A stretch of DNA of 64,000 nucleotides, taken from NCBI RefSeq assembly GCF_963921235.1, contig NC_086097.1:19594001-19658000 (forward strand), in the 5' to 3' direction. How positions within the stretch are numbered: position 1 is the first letter of the stretch; each line of letters opens with the position of its first letter. Positions 1-13,699 of the stretch are shown here, one piece after another. This DNA is from Mobula hypostoma. Its lineage: Eukaryota. The notes beneath the pieces are model-generated. The model worked only from the letters and a program-made list of their open reading frames with translations. It searched no databases and had not been told where the DNA came from. A program made the translations under genes and the position numbers.

Positions 1-1081
1 AACCCTGATTGAGAAGTTGAAGAACCTGGGCCTCTGTACCTCCCTCTGCAATTGGATCCTCAATTTCCTAACCAGAAGACCACAATCGCTGATGATCAAC
101 AGTGGAGCACCTCAGGGGTGTGTGCTTAGCCCACTACTCTAGTCTCTATATACACATGTTTGTGTGGCTAGTCACAGCTCAAATGCCATCTATAAATTTG
201 CTGACGAAACAACCATTGTTGGTAGAAATTCCGGTGGTGACGAGAGGGCGTACAGGAGTGAGATATGCCAACTAGTGGAGTGGTGCCACAGCAACAACCT
301 GGCACTCAACATCAGTAAGACGAAAGAGCTGATTGTGGACTTCAGGAAGAGTCAGACAAAAGGAACACTTACCAATCCTCATAGAGGGATCAGAAGTGCA
401 GAGAGTGAGCAGTTTCAAGTTCCTGGGTGTCAAGATCTCTGAGGATCTAACCTGGTCCCAACATATCGATGTAGTTATAAAGAAGGCAAAAGAGCAGCTA
501 TACTTTATTAGGAGTTTGAAGAGATTTGGCATGTCAACAAATACACTCAAGAACTTCTATAGTTGTACTGTGAAGAGCATTCTGATAGTCTGTATCACTG
601 TCTGGTGTGGAGGGGCTACTGCACAGGACCAAAAGAAGCTGCAGAAAGTTGTAAATCTAGTCAGTTCCATGTTGGGCACTAGCCTACAAAGTACCCAGAA
701 CATCTTCAGGAAACGGTGTCTCAGAAAGGCAGCATCCATTATTAAGGACCTCCAGCACCCAGGACATGCCCTTTTCTCACTGTTACCATCAGGTAGGAGG
801 TACAGAAGCCTGAAGGCACACACTCAGCAATTCAGGAACAGCTTCTTCCCCTCTGCCATCCAATTCCTAAGTGGACATTGAATCTTTGGACACTACCTCA
901 CTTTTTTTTAATATACAGTATTTCTGTTCTTGCATGTTTTTAAAAATCTGTTCAATATATGTAATTAATTTATTTATTATTATTATTTTCTCTGCTAGAT
1001 TATGTATTGCATTGAACTGCTGCTGCTAAGTTAACAAATTTCACGTCACATGCCAGTGATAATAAGTGATTCTGATTCTGA
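1..1081 (+). mobile_element. Rex1/Babar-type non-LTR retrotransposon, 3' part (RT C-terminus + DUF1891-like region + 3' UTR)
   Basis: ORFs 164-442 and 333-881 ([51 protein letters not shown]); tail GATTCTGATTCTG; continues off the left edge. Confidence 0.85.
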
Positions 1082-1134
1082 ACAACACACAACAGCAAAT
1101 TCTTTAATACACGTAAATGCATTTGGTGAACAAA

Positions 1135-1612
1135 GTTGCAGACAAAAGCATGCGGACATGGTCAAGAGGCTCAGTTGTTGTTCACACCGAACATCAGAAT
1201 GGGGAAGAAATGTGATCCAAGTGACTTTGACTGTGGAATGATTGTTAGTACCAGATGAGGTGGTTTGAATATCTCAGAAACTACTGATCTCCTGGGATTT
1301 TAATGCACAACTGTCTCTAGAGTTTACAGAGAATGTACGAAAACAAAAACAAAAAAAAGCTTCCACTGAGCAGTAGTTCTGTGGGTGAAAATGCGTCATT
1401 AATGAGAGCGGTCAGAGAAGAATAGCGAAATAGGTTTTCAAGCTGAAGGGAAAGTGGCAGTAACTCAAATAGCCACGTGTTACAACAGTGGTGTACGGAA
1501 GAGCATCACTGAATGCACACAACACGTCGAAACTTGAATTGGATGGGCTACTGCAGCAGATGACCACACCAGCTTCCACTCCTGAATCTAATAAAACAGC
1601 CACTGAATGTAT
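1135..1612 (+). mobile_element. Tc1/mariner-derived DNA transposon remnant
   Basis: Reads MGKKCDPSDFDCGMIV...ISETTDLLGF...TVSRVYRE (Tc1-like N-terminal HTH, with stops); ends ...AATAAAACAGCCACTGAATG-TA. Confidence 0.65.
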
Positions 1613-1699
1613 ATTACTATTGGAATGTATAGAATATTTTATATATTGTAGAATATATTATGTTATATTGTGAATATATTATAGAATATGTATTACACA

Positions 1700-2278
1700 T
1701 GTAACCCTCAGGTTCGGCGAGTGACTTACTCTCGGGAAAGACAGCCTCCGGCCCGGCCAAACTTAAGAAATCTTGTTTGGGTGGATGCTGTATGATGTGT
1801 TCACCTGTTACAAATCAGTACCATGATATAACAAACGGTACACAATTGAGCTTTATAATTCTTAATTTGACTATAGGGTTAGCGAAGAAACAAAAAAAAA
1901 GAAAAAGGGCCCGTTCTTATGAAACAGTCTATTTCGCAATGTTGGAGCGCATGGTTTTCCCATCTGTTCATTCCCCGTCAAATTCCTCCCCAGGCGTCGA
2001 CTCCCGACCCCATTTCAAGTCCATTCCATCCTGCAGTCTACGACTGCCCCGTTCTGGCATCTTCTCTCTCCACCTTCCGCCGACAAAAGACCGCGAAATC
2101 CTGCTCCCAGACCCACAAGAAAGTACATCATGCCTCTCATTAGCTAGCACACATTCCAAAGCCCCCTTTATTTCTAGTCATAACCCAAACATTGCTGCTA
2201 CAGAGAAACCATTACCTGAGCCATGAAACATTACAGATAGGCCATTACGTTAGCAGTGAAACCTTACAACGCATTACA
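1700..2278. mobile_element. Solo-LTR-like element (579 bp)
   Basis: TGTAA...TTACA termini; 4-bp direct repeat CACA at 1696-1699 and 2279-2282; related to 51252-51931. Confidence 0.7.
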
Positions 2279-2289
2279 CACAATGTGTT

Positions 2290-3495
2290 ATGTATGGCGG
2301 CATCTGTTAGTCTTGCGAGACCATGGATCTGCGCCTGGAAAGTCTTGCTTCAGTCTGTGTCAGAGCAGCGTCTGTTGTGACTGTAGAGTCCCACACGGGA
2401 GTGACAGTCTCGGCTGCAGCGACTGCACTTGAAGGCGCTGTCCTCCAGTGTTGTCTTGGTGCTGTTTTTCCGACGAGTGCGCTTTTCTTCAGCAGCAAGC
2501 CTCAACTTCTCTTCTCCTCTTTTGAGACCTCTGCATAGTTCCAGCCTCCAGCGAGAGAGATTGCTTGCAATGTCCTCTTACCTCTCAACGTTCATGTTCA
2601 GTGACTTCATGTCTCTCTTGCAGATATCTTTGAAACAAAGATGGGGCCGCCCTTGTGCTCTCTTGCCAGAGGCCAGTTCCCTGTACAGCAGGTCTTTTGG
2701 GATCCTCCCGTCTGACATGCGGTGTATCATGGCCCAGCCAGCAGAGACGGCGTTGTTGGAGCAGGGTGAAGAGGCTGGGTATCTGGGTGTGGGCCAGGAC
2801 CTCATTGTTGGTGACTCGATCAATCCACGTGATGTCCAGGATGCGTCTCAGGCTGCGAAGGTGGAAGGCGCTGAGATGCCGCTCTTGTCTGTAGTAGAGG
2901 CTTCAGGACTCGCTGCCGTAAAGCAGTGTGCTGAGGACGCAGGCCCTGTAGACTGCAACCTTGGTGTGCGTCATCAGCTTTCCGTTCTCCCAGACTCTCT
3001 TTGTCAGCCTGGCGAATGTTGAGGCTGCTCGTCTGATCCGTCTGTTGATCCCGGGATCCAGGGAGAGACTGTCTGTGATGGTGCAGCCAAGGTATGTAAA
3101 CTCGTGAACTACCTCCAGCTCGTAGTTGTTGATGATAATGGCAGGGGGGTGCTCAATGCCTTGGCCCAACACGTTGGTCTTCTTCAGGCTGATGGTCAAA
3201 CTGAAGTCCTGGCAGGCTCTTGAGAAGCTGCCCATGAGGAGTTGCAGTTGCTCTTCAGAGTGTGTTGCCAGTGCTGCGTCGTCTGCAAACAACATGTCCC
3301 TGATGAGTACTTCACGAACCTTGGTTTTTGCCCTCAGTCGGGACAGACTGAGCGGCTTCCTGTCCGATCTGGTGTGGAGGCAGACACTATCAGTTGGTGT
3401 TCCAAAGGCGTGCTTCAGCATGACTGCGAAGAAGATGCCAAACAGGGTGGGGTGCTTGCCCCCACCCTGTTAGGCATCTTCTTTGCAGTCATGCT
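2290..3495 (-). mobile_element. RTE-clade LINE, 5'-truncated, with fold-back inversion at its 5' end
   Basis: ORFs 2903-3421 (LFADDAAL, ISLKKTNVL, FTYLG) and 2578-2823 (RMSDGRIPKDLLY..GRP). Confidence 0.85.
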
Positions 3496-5789
3496 ATGTA
3501 TGTATATATATGTATATAATGTATTGGACTGTACTGCTGCCACAAAACAAATTTCATGACGTATGTTAGTGATAATAAACCTGATTCTGAAATTTCGCTA
3601 ACCCAGCTTCCACCTTGTTTCAGACTGCTGACTGACTAACAATCACCTGTACCACTCATTGGTTTCCTGATTGAAATCTGGAGAACAAAGTGGCATTAAT
3701 GCAACCTCAGCGTCACTGTGCAGCACAGAAACTGACTACTTAGCCCACCTTGCCCATGCAGAAGACTCATTTTTACCTGTACTCTTCCCATTCCATAGCC
3801 TTCTGTGCTTTGACTATTCAAATGCCTGTCTAGATTCTCTGTAAGTGTTGTGTGAGTGCCTACCCTCTAATCCACCTCAGGCAGTGCATTCCAGGTTCCA
3901 ACCACTCCCAGTGTGAAAAAAAATTCCGCATCAAATCCCCTCTAATTCTCTCACCTCTCACTTTAAACCTATACCCTTTTGTCACAGATACTTCCACCAA
4001 GGGAAAAAATTCATACTTTATGTACCTCTATTGGAGCCAATATCTATGTTGCACACCTCTTGATTCTGCATATATAAATGCTATTTTTTTTGAATTGGCA
4101 AGCTAACAAGTGTCACAGGGAGAGTCAGGGATGGAGTCACGAGTCAGGGACTGGACAGAGACTGGGTAAGGAGAGTCTTTTAAAGTTCAAAGTAAATTTA
4201 TTATCAAAACACATATATGTCACCATATACAATCCTGAGATTCATTTGCTTGCGAGTATACTCAGTAAACCCATTAACCATAATAGAATCAATTAGGAAG
4301 ACCACACCAGCATGGCGGACAGCCAGAGTGCAAAAGACAACAATCTGTGACAATACAAAAAGAAAAAGAAAAAAGAAATAATAATACTAATAATAATAAA
4401 TATATATCGAGAACATGAGATGAAGAGTCCTTGAAAGTCAGTCCATAAGTTGTAGGAACAGTTCAGTGATAGGGTGAATGAAGTTATCCCCTCTGGTTCA
4501 AGAGCCTGATGGTTGAGGGATAACTGCTCCTGAACCTGGTGCTGTGAGTCCTGTATCTTCTTCCTGATGGCAGCAGCGAGAAGAGAGAATATCCTGGGTA
4601 GTGGGGGTCCCTGATAATGGCTGCTGCTTTCTTGTACTAACACTCCACTTAACAGTGCTCAATGGTGGGGAGGGCTGAATTTGCTTTGACCAATTTTTCA
4701 GGCAACAGAGTTCAGGTCAACACAAGTCACTGCTTCAATTAAATCTCATCTGGTCACTACTTGGAAAAAACTTTCCATTGCCTACACTACAAAAGATCTT
4801 CTAATCGGGGTTTGACACAGCAGTACCCCTGCCCTTATTCTGAATCCTACAATGCCTCACAAAATGATCCTGTATGACCCTTAACAATTTTTATCAATGC
4901 ACCATAAAAAGTATTCTTTCTTGATGTACGACAGCTTGGTATGGCAACTGCTCTTCCTGTGACCGCAAGAAACTGCAGAGCATTGTGGTCACAGTTCTAC
5001 ACACCACAGCAACCAGCCTCCCCTCTATGCATTCTGTCTATAATATTCACTGACAGCATAATCAAAGAAACCATTCACCCCAGACATTCTCTCTTCTCCC
5101 CTCTCCCATCGGGCGGAGGGTATAAAAGTCTGAAATCACGTACCACCAGGCTCAGGGACAGCTCCTATCCCACTGTTATCAGACTCTTGAACCAACCTCT
5201 TGTACAGTAAGATGGATTCATGGCCCCACAATCTACCTCATTATGATCTTGCACTTTATCATTTACCTGCACTGCACATTTCAGTAGCTTACACTTTATT
5301 CTGCCCTGTTATGTTTTACTGTATTCCACCTCAATCTACTCTGTGATGATTTGATCGCTATCAGTATACAGTATTCAAAAAAAGCTTTTTACTGCATCTT
5401 CTAACTTGGGACAAAACCCTGGCATCTGTCCCAGCAGCTTGATAAGCCAGGATTCCACAGGCTGCTCCTGGATCTGGCACCAGGACAGACATTAGCTGTG
5501 CATGGGAGACCCCAAGATAGTGAATGAGACGTTGTGGTCCTCCCTGAACGAGCTGCTCTTCCTACAGGAGGAAGCACCCACAGCCAGGTGTTATCTTCAG
5601 TCTCACTCCAAGGTGCTGGGGTACCTGCTGCTACTCTCACTCCAGCAGAAACAGAATCAGGTTTATTATCACTGTCATATCAAAGTTCAGAGTTCAAAAT
5701 AAACTTATTATCAAAGTACATATATGTCACTATATCCAACCCTGAGATTCATTATCTTGCAGATACTCACAGTAAATACAAGAAACACA

Positions 5790-6068
5790 ATCTCTTCTTC
5801 TTCGGTTGTCCATCGAAATCCAATGATGATGCCTACTCCTTTAACGGTGAGATCTTTGATGACTATACAGTCGTATCCTGGACCCACAAGCTCGATTGCA
5901 GGTAGGACATGTATATGTGGTGGTGGTAGTGGTGGCAACCATGGCTGCATTTCTCCTGGCTCTCCTCTGCTGTCTTCTGGTTGTTCTTTCCATCTCCAGA
6001 ATGCGAACCCCGTCCCTACATAGCTGTCGCCAAGTGGTACGGTCAGCAGCAACATCCTCCAGGTCCAT
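5790..6068 (-). mobile_element. RTE-clade LINE 3' end inserted in a Rex-type tail
   Basis: C-terminus ...DRTTWRQLC...YTCPTCNRACGSRIRLYSHQRSHR*; (GAA)n tail. Confidence 0.7.
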
Positions 6069-6069
6069 A

Positions 6070-9000
6070 GAATCAATGAAAGACCACCCCAACAGGATAG
6101 ACAACAAACTGTACAAATACAAAACAAGAAGAAAAAACGAATTGCTGGTAACAAATAAATATGCAATAAATATTGAGAACATGAGTTTTTGCAGAGTCCT
6201 TAAAAGTGAGTCCATAGGTTTTGGGAACAGTTCAGTTCTGGGGCAAGTGAAGATGAATGAAGTTATCCTCTCAGGTTCAAGTGCCTGATAATTGAGGGGT
6301 AATAACTGTTTCTGAACCTGGTGTTGAGAGTCCTGAGGCTCCTGTACCAGCAGCAAGAAGAAAGCATGACCTGGGTGGTGGAAGTCCTTAATGATGGATT
6401 CTGCTTTCCTGTGACAGCTCTCCATGAAGGTGTGCTCAATAGTGGAGAAGGCTTTACCAATGATGGACTGAGCCATATCCACTACTTTTTGTAGGCTTTT
6501 CCATTCAAGAGCATTGCTGTTTTCATACTAGGCCATGGTACAACCAGTCAACGTACTCTCTAACACATATCTAGAGAAGTTTGTCAAAGGTTTAGATAAC
6601 ATGCTGAACCTCACAAACTTCTAAGAAAATAGAGGGGCTCTCGTGCTTTCATTGTAATGGCATTTACGTACTGGACACCAGGACAGATCCTTTTAAATAA
6701 CACCAAGGAATTTAAAGTTGCTGGCCCTCTCCACCTCTGATCCGCTCATGAGGACTGGCACATTACCTCCAGTTTCCTCCTCCTGAAGTCAATAATCAGC
6801 TCCTTGGTCTTACTGGCATTGAGTTGTTGTAGCACCACTCAGTCAGATTTTCATTCTCCCTCCTTTATGCTGAGTCATCACCACTTTTGATTCGGCCTAT
6901 GACAGTGATGTTGTCAGCAAACTTAATATGGCGTTGCAGCTGTGGTTAGCCAGACATTCATAGGCATAAAGTGAGTAGAGCAGGGGGCTAAGCACACAGC
7001 CTTGTGGTGCACCTGTGCTGATAGAGATTGTGGAGGAGCTGTTCAGAACCAGAGTCAGGTTTAATATCACTGGCATATGCTGTGAAATTTGTTGTTTTGC
7101 AGCAGCAGTACATTGGAATACAGACAAATAAAGACTATAGATTACATTAAGAAGTATATGCACAGAAATCTCATGGTGGATTGGAAGAAGCTGTCCTGAA
7201 ACACTGAGTGCGTGTCTTCAGGACTGTAGCAATGAGAAGAGGGCATACCCTGTGTGACGAGGGATTCTCAACGATGGACGCCGCCTTTTCGAAGCGTCAC
7301 CTTGTGAAGATGTCCTTGATGCTGGAGAGGCTGGTCCCCATGATGGAGCTGGCTGTTTCAACTTCCTGCAACCTTTCCCATTCCTGTGCAGGCCTCTCCA
7401 TACCAGACAGTGATGCAATCAGTGAGAGTGCTCTCCACAGTACAGCTGTAAAAAAGTGCGAGTGTCTTTGGTGACACACTAATTCTTCTCAAACTCCTAA
7501 TGAAATTCAGCCGCTGCCGTGCCTTCTTTGTAATTGCATCGATATGTTGACCAGGGATAGATCCTCAGAGACGGTGACACCCAGGAACTTGAAACTGCTC
7601 ACCCTTTCCATGTTTGATCTGTCAAAGAGGTCTGGTGTGTGTTCCCTCAACTCCCTCTTCCTGAAGTCCACAACCAGTTCCTTGGTCTTACTGATGTTGA
7701 GTGCAATGTTGTTGCTGCAAGATCACTCAACCAGTTGATCGATCCCGCTCCTCTACGCCTCCTCATCACATCCGAAATTCTGTCAAGAACAAAATTCATA
7801 GATGGCGTTTGAGCTGTACCTAGCCACACAATTGTGGATGTAGAGAGAGTAGAGCAGTGGGCTAAGCATGCATCCTTAAGGTGTGCCTGTGTAGACTGTC
7901 AGTGAGGAGATGATATTTCCGATCTGCACAGACCGTGGTCCCGCAGTGCAGAAATCAAGGATCCAGCTCCTGAGGGAGGTTCAGAGGCCCAGGATTTGGA
8001 GCTTGTTGATCAGAACTGAGGGCATGATTGTGTTGAACGCTGAGCTACAGTCAATAAACAGTAGCTGGTAGGTATTACCATCGTCCAGATGATACAAGGC
8101 TGAGTGGAGAGCCAGTGAGATTGCATCTACTGTAGACCTATTGTGATGATAGGCAAATCGCAGTGCATCCGGGTTTTTGTTTAGGCGGGAGTTGATTCTA
8201 GCAATGACCAATCTCCCAAACACTTCATCTCAATAGATGTGAGTGCCACTCGGCGATAGTGGTTGAAGCAGCTCACCCTGCTCTTCTTGACCACAGGTAT
8301 GATTGTCGCCCTTTTGAAGCAAGTTGGAAACTTCCACAGCAGCAATGAGAGATTGAAGATGTCCTTGAACACTCCTGCAAGTTGGTTGGCACAGGTTTTC
8401 AGAATCCTACCAGGAACATTATCAGGACCTGATGCCTTGCGAGTGTTCACCCTCTTGAAAGATGTCCTGACACCAGCCTCGAAGTCACCCTTAAGATAGC
8501 CTTCCATAGGTCATACCTGGATTTCTTGAATAGCTCTGGATCATCAGTCTTGAATGCCACAAATCTAGCTCTCAGCAGTCTCTGAATATCCCAGTTCAGC
8601 TGTGGCTTTTCATTTGAGTATGTCTGTTATGTTCTTGAAGGCACACACTCATCCACACAGGTCCTGGTGAAGTTGGTGACAACTGTGGCATTTTCATTCA
8701 GACTCAAAGATGAATCCCTGAATGTCGTCCAGCCCACCAACTCAATGCAGTAGTGTAAGTGCTCCTCCAGCTCCCTTGACATAATTTCTCAGTCCTTACC
8801 ATTGGTGCCGTGGTCTTTAGTCTCTGTCTCAACAGAAGTACAGGAGTAGAAGTACAGCCAGGTGATTGGACTTTCCAAAGTGCAGACATGGGTTGTTGCC
8901 AATCTGAAACAACTGGGGTCTGCAAGTGAGGAAATCAAGGATCTAATTAAGGACTAGGTCTTGAAGCTTATTGATAAATTTTGGGGGCATGATAGTATTG

Positions 9001-9776
9001 AACGCCGAGCTGCAGTCAATGAAGAGTATCCTGATGTATTCACCTTCGCTGTCCAGGTAGTCTAAGGTTGAGTGAAGAGCCAGTGAAGTTTGCTGATGAC
9101 CTGTTGAGACAATAGGCAAATTGGAGTGGACCCAAGTCATTTCTCAAGTGGGAAATGGCAAGCATTCCTGATCGTAGTACAGCAGTGGTCAAGTGTTTTG
9201 GGACCTGTTGGTGCTGCAGGTGATATGTTGATGATAATTGGGCAGAGATATTTTCAAACAAGCCTTATTGAATTCCCTGACAATGATTTGAAAGTCATCA
9301 GGATCGGCTGTTTCTCGGTTGCTGATGGTGACACTTAGTACCTCGAGTGCCTATTTAACACCACCCTTTGGTGGTACATAAATTGTGGTCAGGATCATGG
9401 AGAGGAACTCTCTGGATAAGTAGAATGGTTGACACTAAATCATTAGATGTTCTAACTCAGGAGAACAAGATCGCAACAAGATCTCTATGTCTAAACACCA
9501 GAAATAGTTTATCATGATACACAAACCCCCACCTTTTGCCTTCTCTGAATCAGCAGTCCATTCCATTTTGTGAATCGAGAAGCCTTCAGGTCTTACTGAC
9601 ATAGCCATCATGTCCAGAGTGAGCCATATCTCGATGAAACATAGAACACGGCAATTCCTCATTTCTCTCTGATACAGCAATCTTCCCCTTAGGACCTCAA
9701 TCTTGTTTTCCAGCAACTGTACATTTGCTAACAAGATACTGGTTAGAGGAAGTTCCATGTCTTGGCATTTTGTCAT
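6070..9776 (-). mobile_element. Cluster of degraded Rex1/Babar-type LINE fragments (3' UTRs, RT, endonuclease)
   Basis: Minus-strand peptides [43 protein letters not shown], and endonuclease start LTSILLANVQLLENKI (9435-9776); many stops/frameshifts. Confidence 0.75.
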
Positions 9777-10467
9777 ATGCCGTTAAATATATTGTTTTGC
9801 AGCAGCAATGTAGTGGAATGCTTAAAATGTACTATAAGTTACAATAAGAAATATACAATAAGATGTTCTCCCCCTCATCACCACCTGAGATTCTGCTGAC
9901 AACAGTGGTGTCATCCCACTAGGTGCTCCCTGCCAGAAGTCCTCTGGGCAGTAGGTTCCTATGCAATGGCCACCGACAAACCTGATCTGCACAGAACTCA
10001 GGAGAGATCTGACCCCATGAGGCTCATCCTAAAAAGAGACACAATTCTACAGAGAGAAATACACAGTTTAAAAAAGTAAATATACAAGGATGCTTTCCGT
10101 GAATAAATGTCTGATCTTGAGAAAAGCCGTGACCTTCTGACACAGAGGTGAGAGTGCTCTCTACTGAGCCGCGGCTAATGACTAAAAGAATGACCAAGTT
10201 TACCTGCACAGCAGGAGAACATTTTGTCTATTGTTCACACAAGCCAAGGGTCCCATTTCCCAATTCATTCCTTTATAATGCTCTTTATCATGCTTTTCTC
10301 CCCATGCCCTTCAATAGTTCTCATGGACCCTGCTTCTGTCTCTTTGTCACCTCTAAACAATCTCTTATCTAAGTATTTCTTCCTATCACTTTCCTCTTTG
10401 CCAACGATTGTACCAGAGAACCACTAGCAAAGTGAAGCAGTATTCCCTAACTTAGGGTCATAGCACC

Positions 10468-10770
10468 AGTGGCACGATAGCGTAGAAGTGACCATCACAC
10501 TTTACAGTGTCAGCAATCAGGGATCAATTCCATTGCATCCTGCAAGAACTTTCTATTTCCTCCGGGTGCTCCAATCTCCTCTCACATTCCAAAGTCATGT
10601 CGGCTAGGATTAGTAAGTTGTGTTGCTGCTGGAAGCATGGTGACCCTGTAGGCTGCCCCAGCACATCCTCAGACTGAGTTGGTTGTTGACACAAACACCG
10701 CATTTTACTGCATGTCTTGATATTTTGATGTATGCATATGTGAAAAATAAAGCTAATGTAATCTTTAAAA
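10468..10770 (+). mobile_element. tRNA-derived V-domain-type SINE, degraded (other copies approx. 14685-15020, 21090-21250, 25430-25710, 34490-34780, 42140-42390, 50685-50790, 54205-54480, 58590-58715)
   Basis: A/B-box-like head and the central motif TTTCCTCCGGGTGCTCC..CTCCCACATTCCAAAG shared among copies. Confidence 0.65.
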
Positions 10771-10782
10771 GTTATTCTTTTT

Positions 10783-11418
10783 CATAGTCATAGTAATACT
10801 TTATTGATCCCGGGGGAAATTGGCTTTCGTTACGGTTGCACCATAAATAATTAAATAGTAATAACACCATAAATAGTTAAATAGTAATATGTAAATTATG
10901 CTAGGAAATAAGTCCAGGACCAGCCTATTGGCTCAGGGTGTCTGACCCTCCAAGGGAGGAGTTGTAAAGTTTGATGGCCACAGACAGGAATGACTTCCTA
11001 TGACGCTCTGTGTTGCATCTCGGTGGAATGAGTCTCTGGCTGAATGTACTCCTGTGCCCAACCAGTACATTATGTAGTGGATGGGAGACATTGTCTAAGA
11101 TGGCATGCAACTTGGACAGCATTCTCTTTTCAGACACCACCGTCAGAGAGTCCAGTTCCATCCCAACAACATCACTGGCCTTACAAATGAGTTTGTTGAT
11201 TCTGTTGGTGTCTGCTACCCTCAGCCTGCTGCCCCAGCACACAACAGCAAACATGATCACACTGCCCACCACAGACTCGTAGAACATCCTCAGCATCGCC
11301 CGGCAGATGTTAAAGGACCTCAGTCTCCTCAGGAAATAAAGACGGCTCTGACCCTTCTTGTAGACAGCCTCAGTGTTCTTTGACCAGTCCAGTTTATTGT
11401 CAATTCGTATCCCCAGGT
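10783..11418 (-). mobile_element. Young Rex1-type LINE 3' fragment, (ATGACT)n-tail family
   Basis: ORF ending ...KGQSRLYFLRRLRSFN...KLYNSSLGGSDTLSQ*; near-identical copies at 42955, 44781, 49351, 60959. Confidence 0.85.
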
Positions 11419-11619
11419 ATGCTTTTTCATGTTTTTCTCCCTGTGCCTGTGGTAGTTGTACTGGACCTTGAGCCTGCCTCTCTTTGTCACCTCTAAACAA
11501 CCTCTGCATGTAAGTAATTCTTTCTATCACTTCTCTCTTTGCCAACAATTGTACCAGAGAAGAAAGGGAAACAGTTTTCCCTAATTTAGAGCTGCAGAAT
11601 CATAAAGCACAGAAACACC

Positions 11620-13535
11620 TATTCACAAAGTCTGGCTCTACTCTGATGATCTGCTGCTATTTATTTCTAATGTTGAGACTTTTTTACTCCACGTGCTTTC
11701 TTTACTCTCCTGTTTTAGCCAGTTATCAGGTTATAAATTAAACCTACATAAAAGTGAACTTTTCCCTTTGAATAATTTGATACCAACAAATTCTAACTTT
11801 CCTTTTAAAGTTGTAAGAAACCAATTTACCTAATTCACTAAAAACTATAAGTGTCTATTTAAAGAAAATTTTCTTACCCTATTGAATCACGTAAAAAGGA
11901 TCAAATTGGTTGCCTCTTTCATTATCGCTGATTGGCCGAATTAGCTATCAAAATGAATATATTACCTATATTCATATATCTTTTTTAGGCATTACCTGTT
12001 TTTATTCCTAAATCTTTTTTTTGATTCTCTTGACTCTATGATAGCTTCTTATATATTCTTATATATTCTAGATTAAATAAAATTCATCTTCAGAAAGATA
12101 AAAAGAATGGAGGATTGGCCTTACCAAACTTTAGATTTTATTATTGGGCAGTTAATATAAGAAATCTTACATTTTGGTTATATTACATTAATTGTGAGGA
12201 TTGCCCGATGTAGGTTTTTTTAGAAGCTAACTCTGTTAATAAATTTTTTATCATTTCTCATCTTGGATCCTCACTTTCTTTGTCTCTGAGTAAATTAACT
12301 GATAATCTGGTAGTTAAATATACTATGAGAATTTGGATACAATTCTGAAAATACTTTGGCTTATTGAGATTTTCTCTTTCGAGTCCCATTTTTTCTAATT
12401 TTTTTTTAAACCCTCTACGATTGATGTGGCTTTTAAAGAATGGGATAGATTAGGTGTTAACGGCTTTCAGGACTTACTTGTAGAGGGAAGTCTCTTTTCA
12501 TTTGAACAACTGTCAACTAAATATAGTTCACCCAAAACTCATTTTTTTCTGATACCTACAAATAAAAGATTTTTTACGGTCTCAAATAAGTACATTTCCT
12601 GAATGTCCTGATAAGAATCTACTAGATGTAATTTTTAATTTGAAACCTTTTTATAATGGATCTATACCTAATATTTATAATATGCTGTTGGGAATGAGAA
12701 GTGTTCCTTTAGATAAAATTAAAAATCTTTGGGAACAAGATTTACAGACTTCAATTTCTGAGGAAACTTGGAATCAAGTTTTTAAATTGATTAACACTTC
12801 ATCATTATGTACCCACCACTCTCTCCTACATTTTAAAGTGGTCCATAAGGCCCATATGACTAAGGATAAGTTGTCTCGTTTTTATTTAGATATATCTCCA
12901 TATTGTGATAAATGTAATAATGGAGAAGCTTCACTCATTCTTTGGACATGCCCGAGTCTTGGAAAATGTTGGGAAGAAGTACTTCAAACTTTCTCGATAC
13001 TTTTCAAAGTAAACTTTAAGCCTAATCCTTTGACCGCTTTATTTGGTATTGTTGGAGGAAAGGATATTATTTTGGAGCCATCTGACTTGCACATTTTGGC
13101 TTTTATGTCTCTTATGGCCAGAAGGATGCTCTTGCTTAAATGGAAAGATGCGACCCCTCCTATTCACGCCCAATGGTTACATGATGTGATGTCATGTTTA
13201 AATTTAGAGAAGATTCGATTTTCAATCTCTGAATCTAGCTAAGACTTTCAAACATTGTGGGGACCTTTTTGAATTATTTTCAAAACCTTTGATTTGCTGT
13301 TAAAGCACAGATGATGACTAATAATTTTTTTTTCCTTTTTTCTTTACTAATCAGCTTCGGTCTTGGTAGTGGGTTAGATTTTTTTTATATAATAAAATTA
13401 CTATATTTCAATGTTACAAATTAATTAATCTGTATGAATATAGGGTAAGGAGTCTTTATATGCGATTTAGTATAATATATTGATTTTTTTTCTTGTACTA
13501 TGTATTCTTATAAATAAAATTAATAATAAAAATAT
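11620..13535 (+). mobile_element. L1/Tx1-type LINE, 5'-truncated and degraded
   Basis: Starts near degenerate YSDDLLLFISN RT motif; GGLALPNFRFYYWA; ORF 12640-13242 with Cys-rich zf-RVT-like C-terminus; A-rich 3' end. Confidence 0.75.
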
Positions 13536-13699
13536 TGGAAAGAAACAAGCTCTTCAGCCCATTCATGTCTGTGCCTACCATCATTTTATTTGTCTGCACT
13601 TTCTTTGTAACATGTTCGGCATTCTGTTTTATTTTGCCTTTAACTCTACCTCGATGCATTTATATCTGCCTGGATGGCATGCGAAGCACGGATAGGCCA

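Noticed and set aside
333..881. ORF that could be annotated as a host protein (DUF1891/ALKBH8-N-like)
   Set aside because: It is the C-terminal region of a Rex1-type RT, repeated many times in the window with frameshifts
1610..1697. AT-rich degenerate TAGAATAT repeats
   Set aside because: Ordinary low-complexity sequence between two TEs
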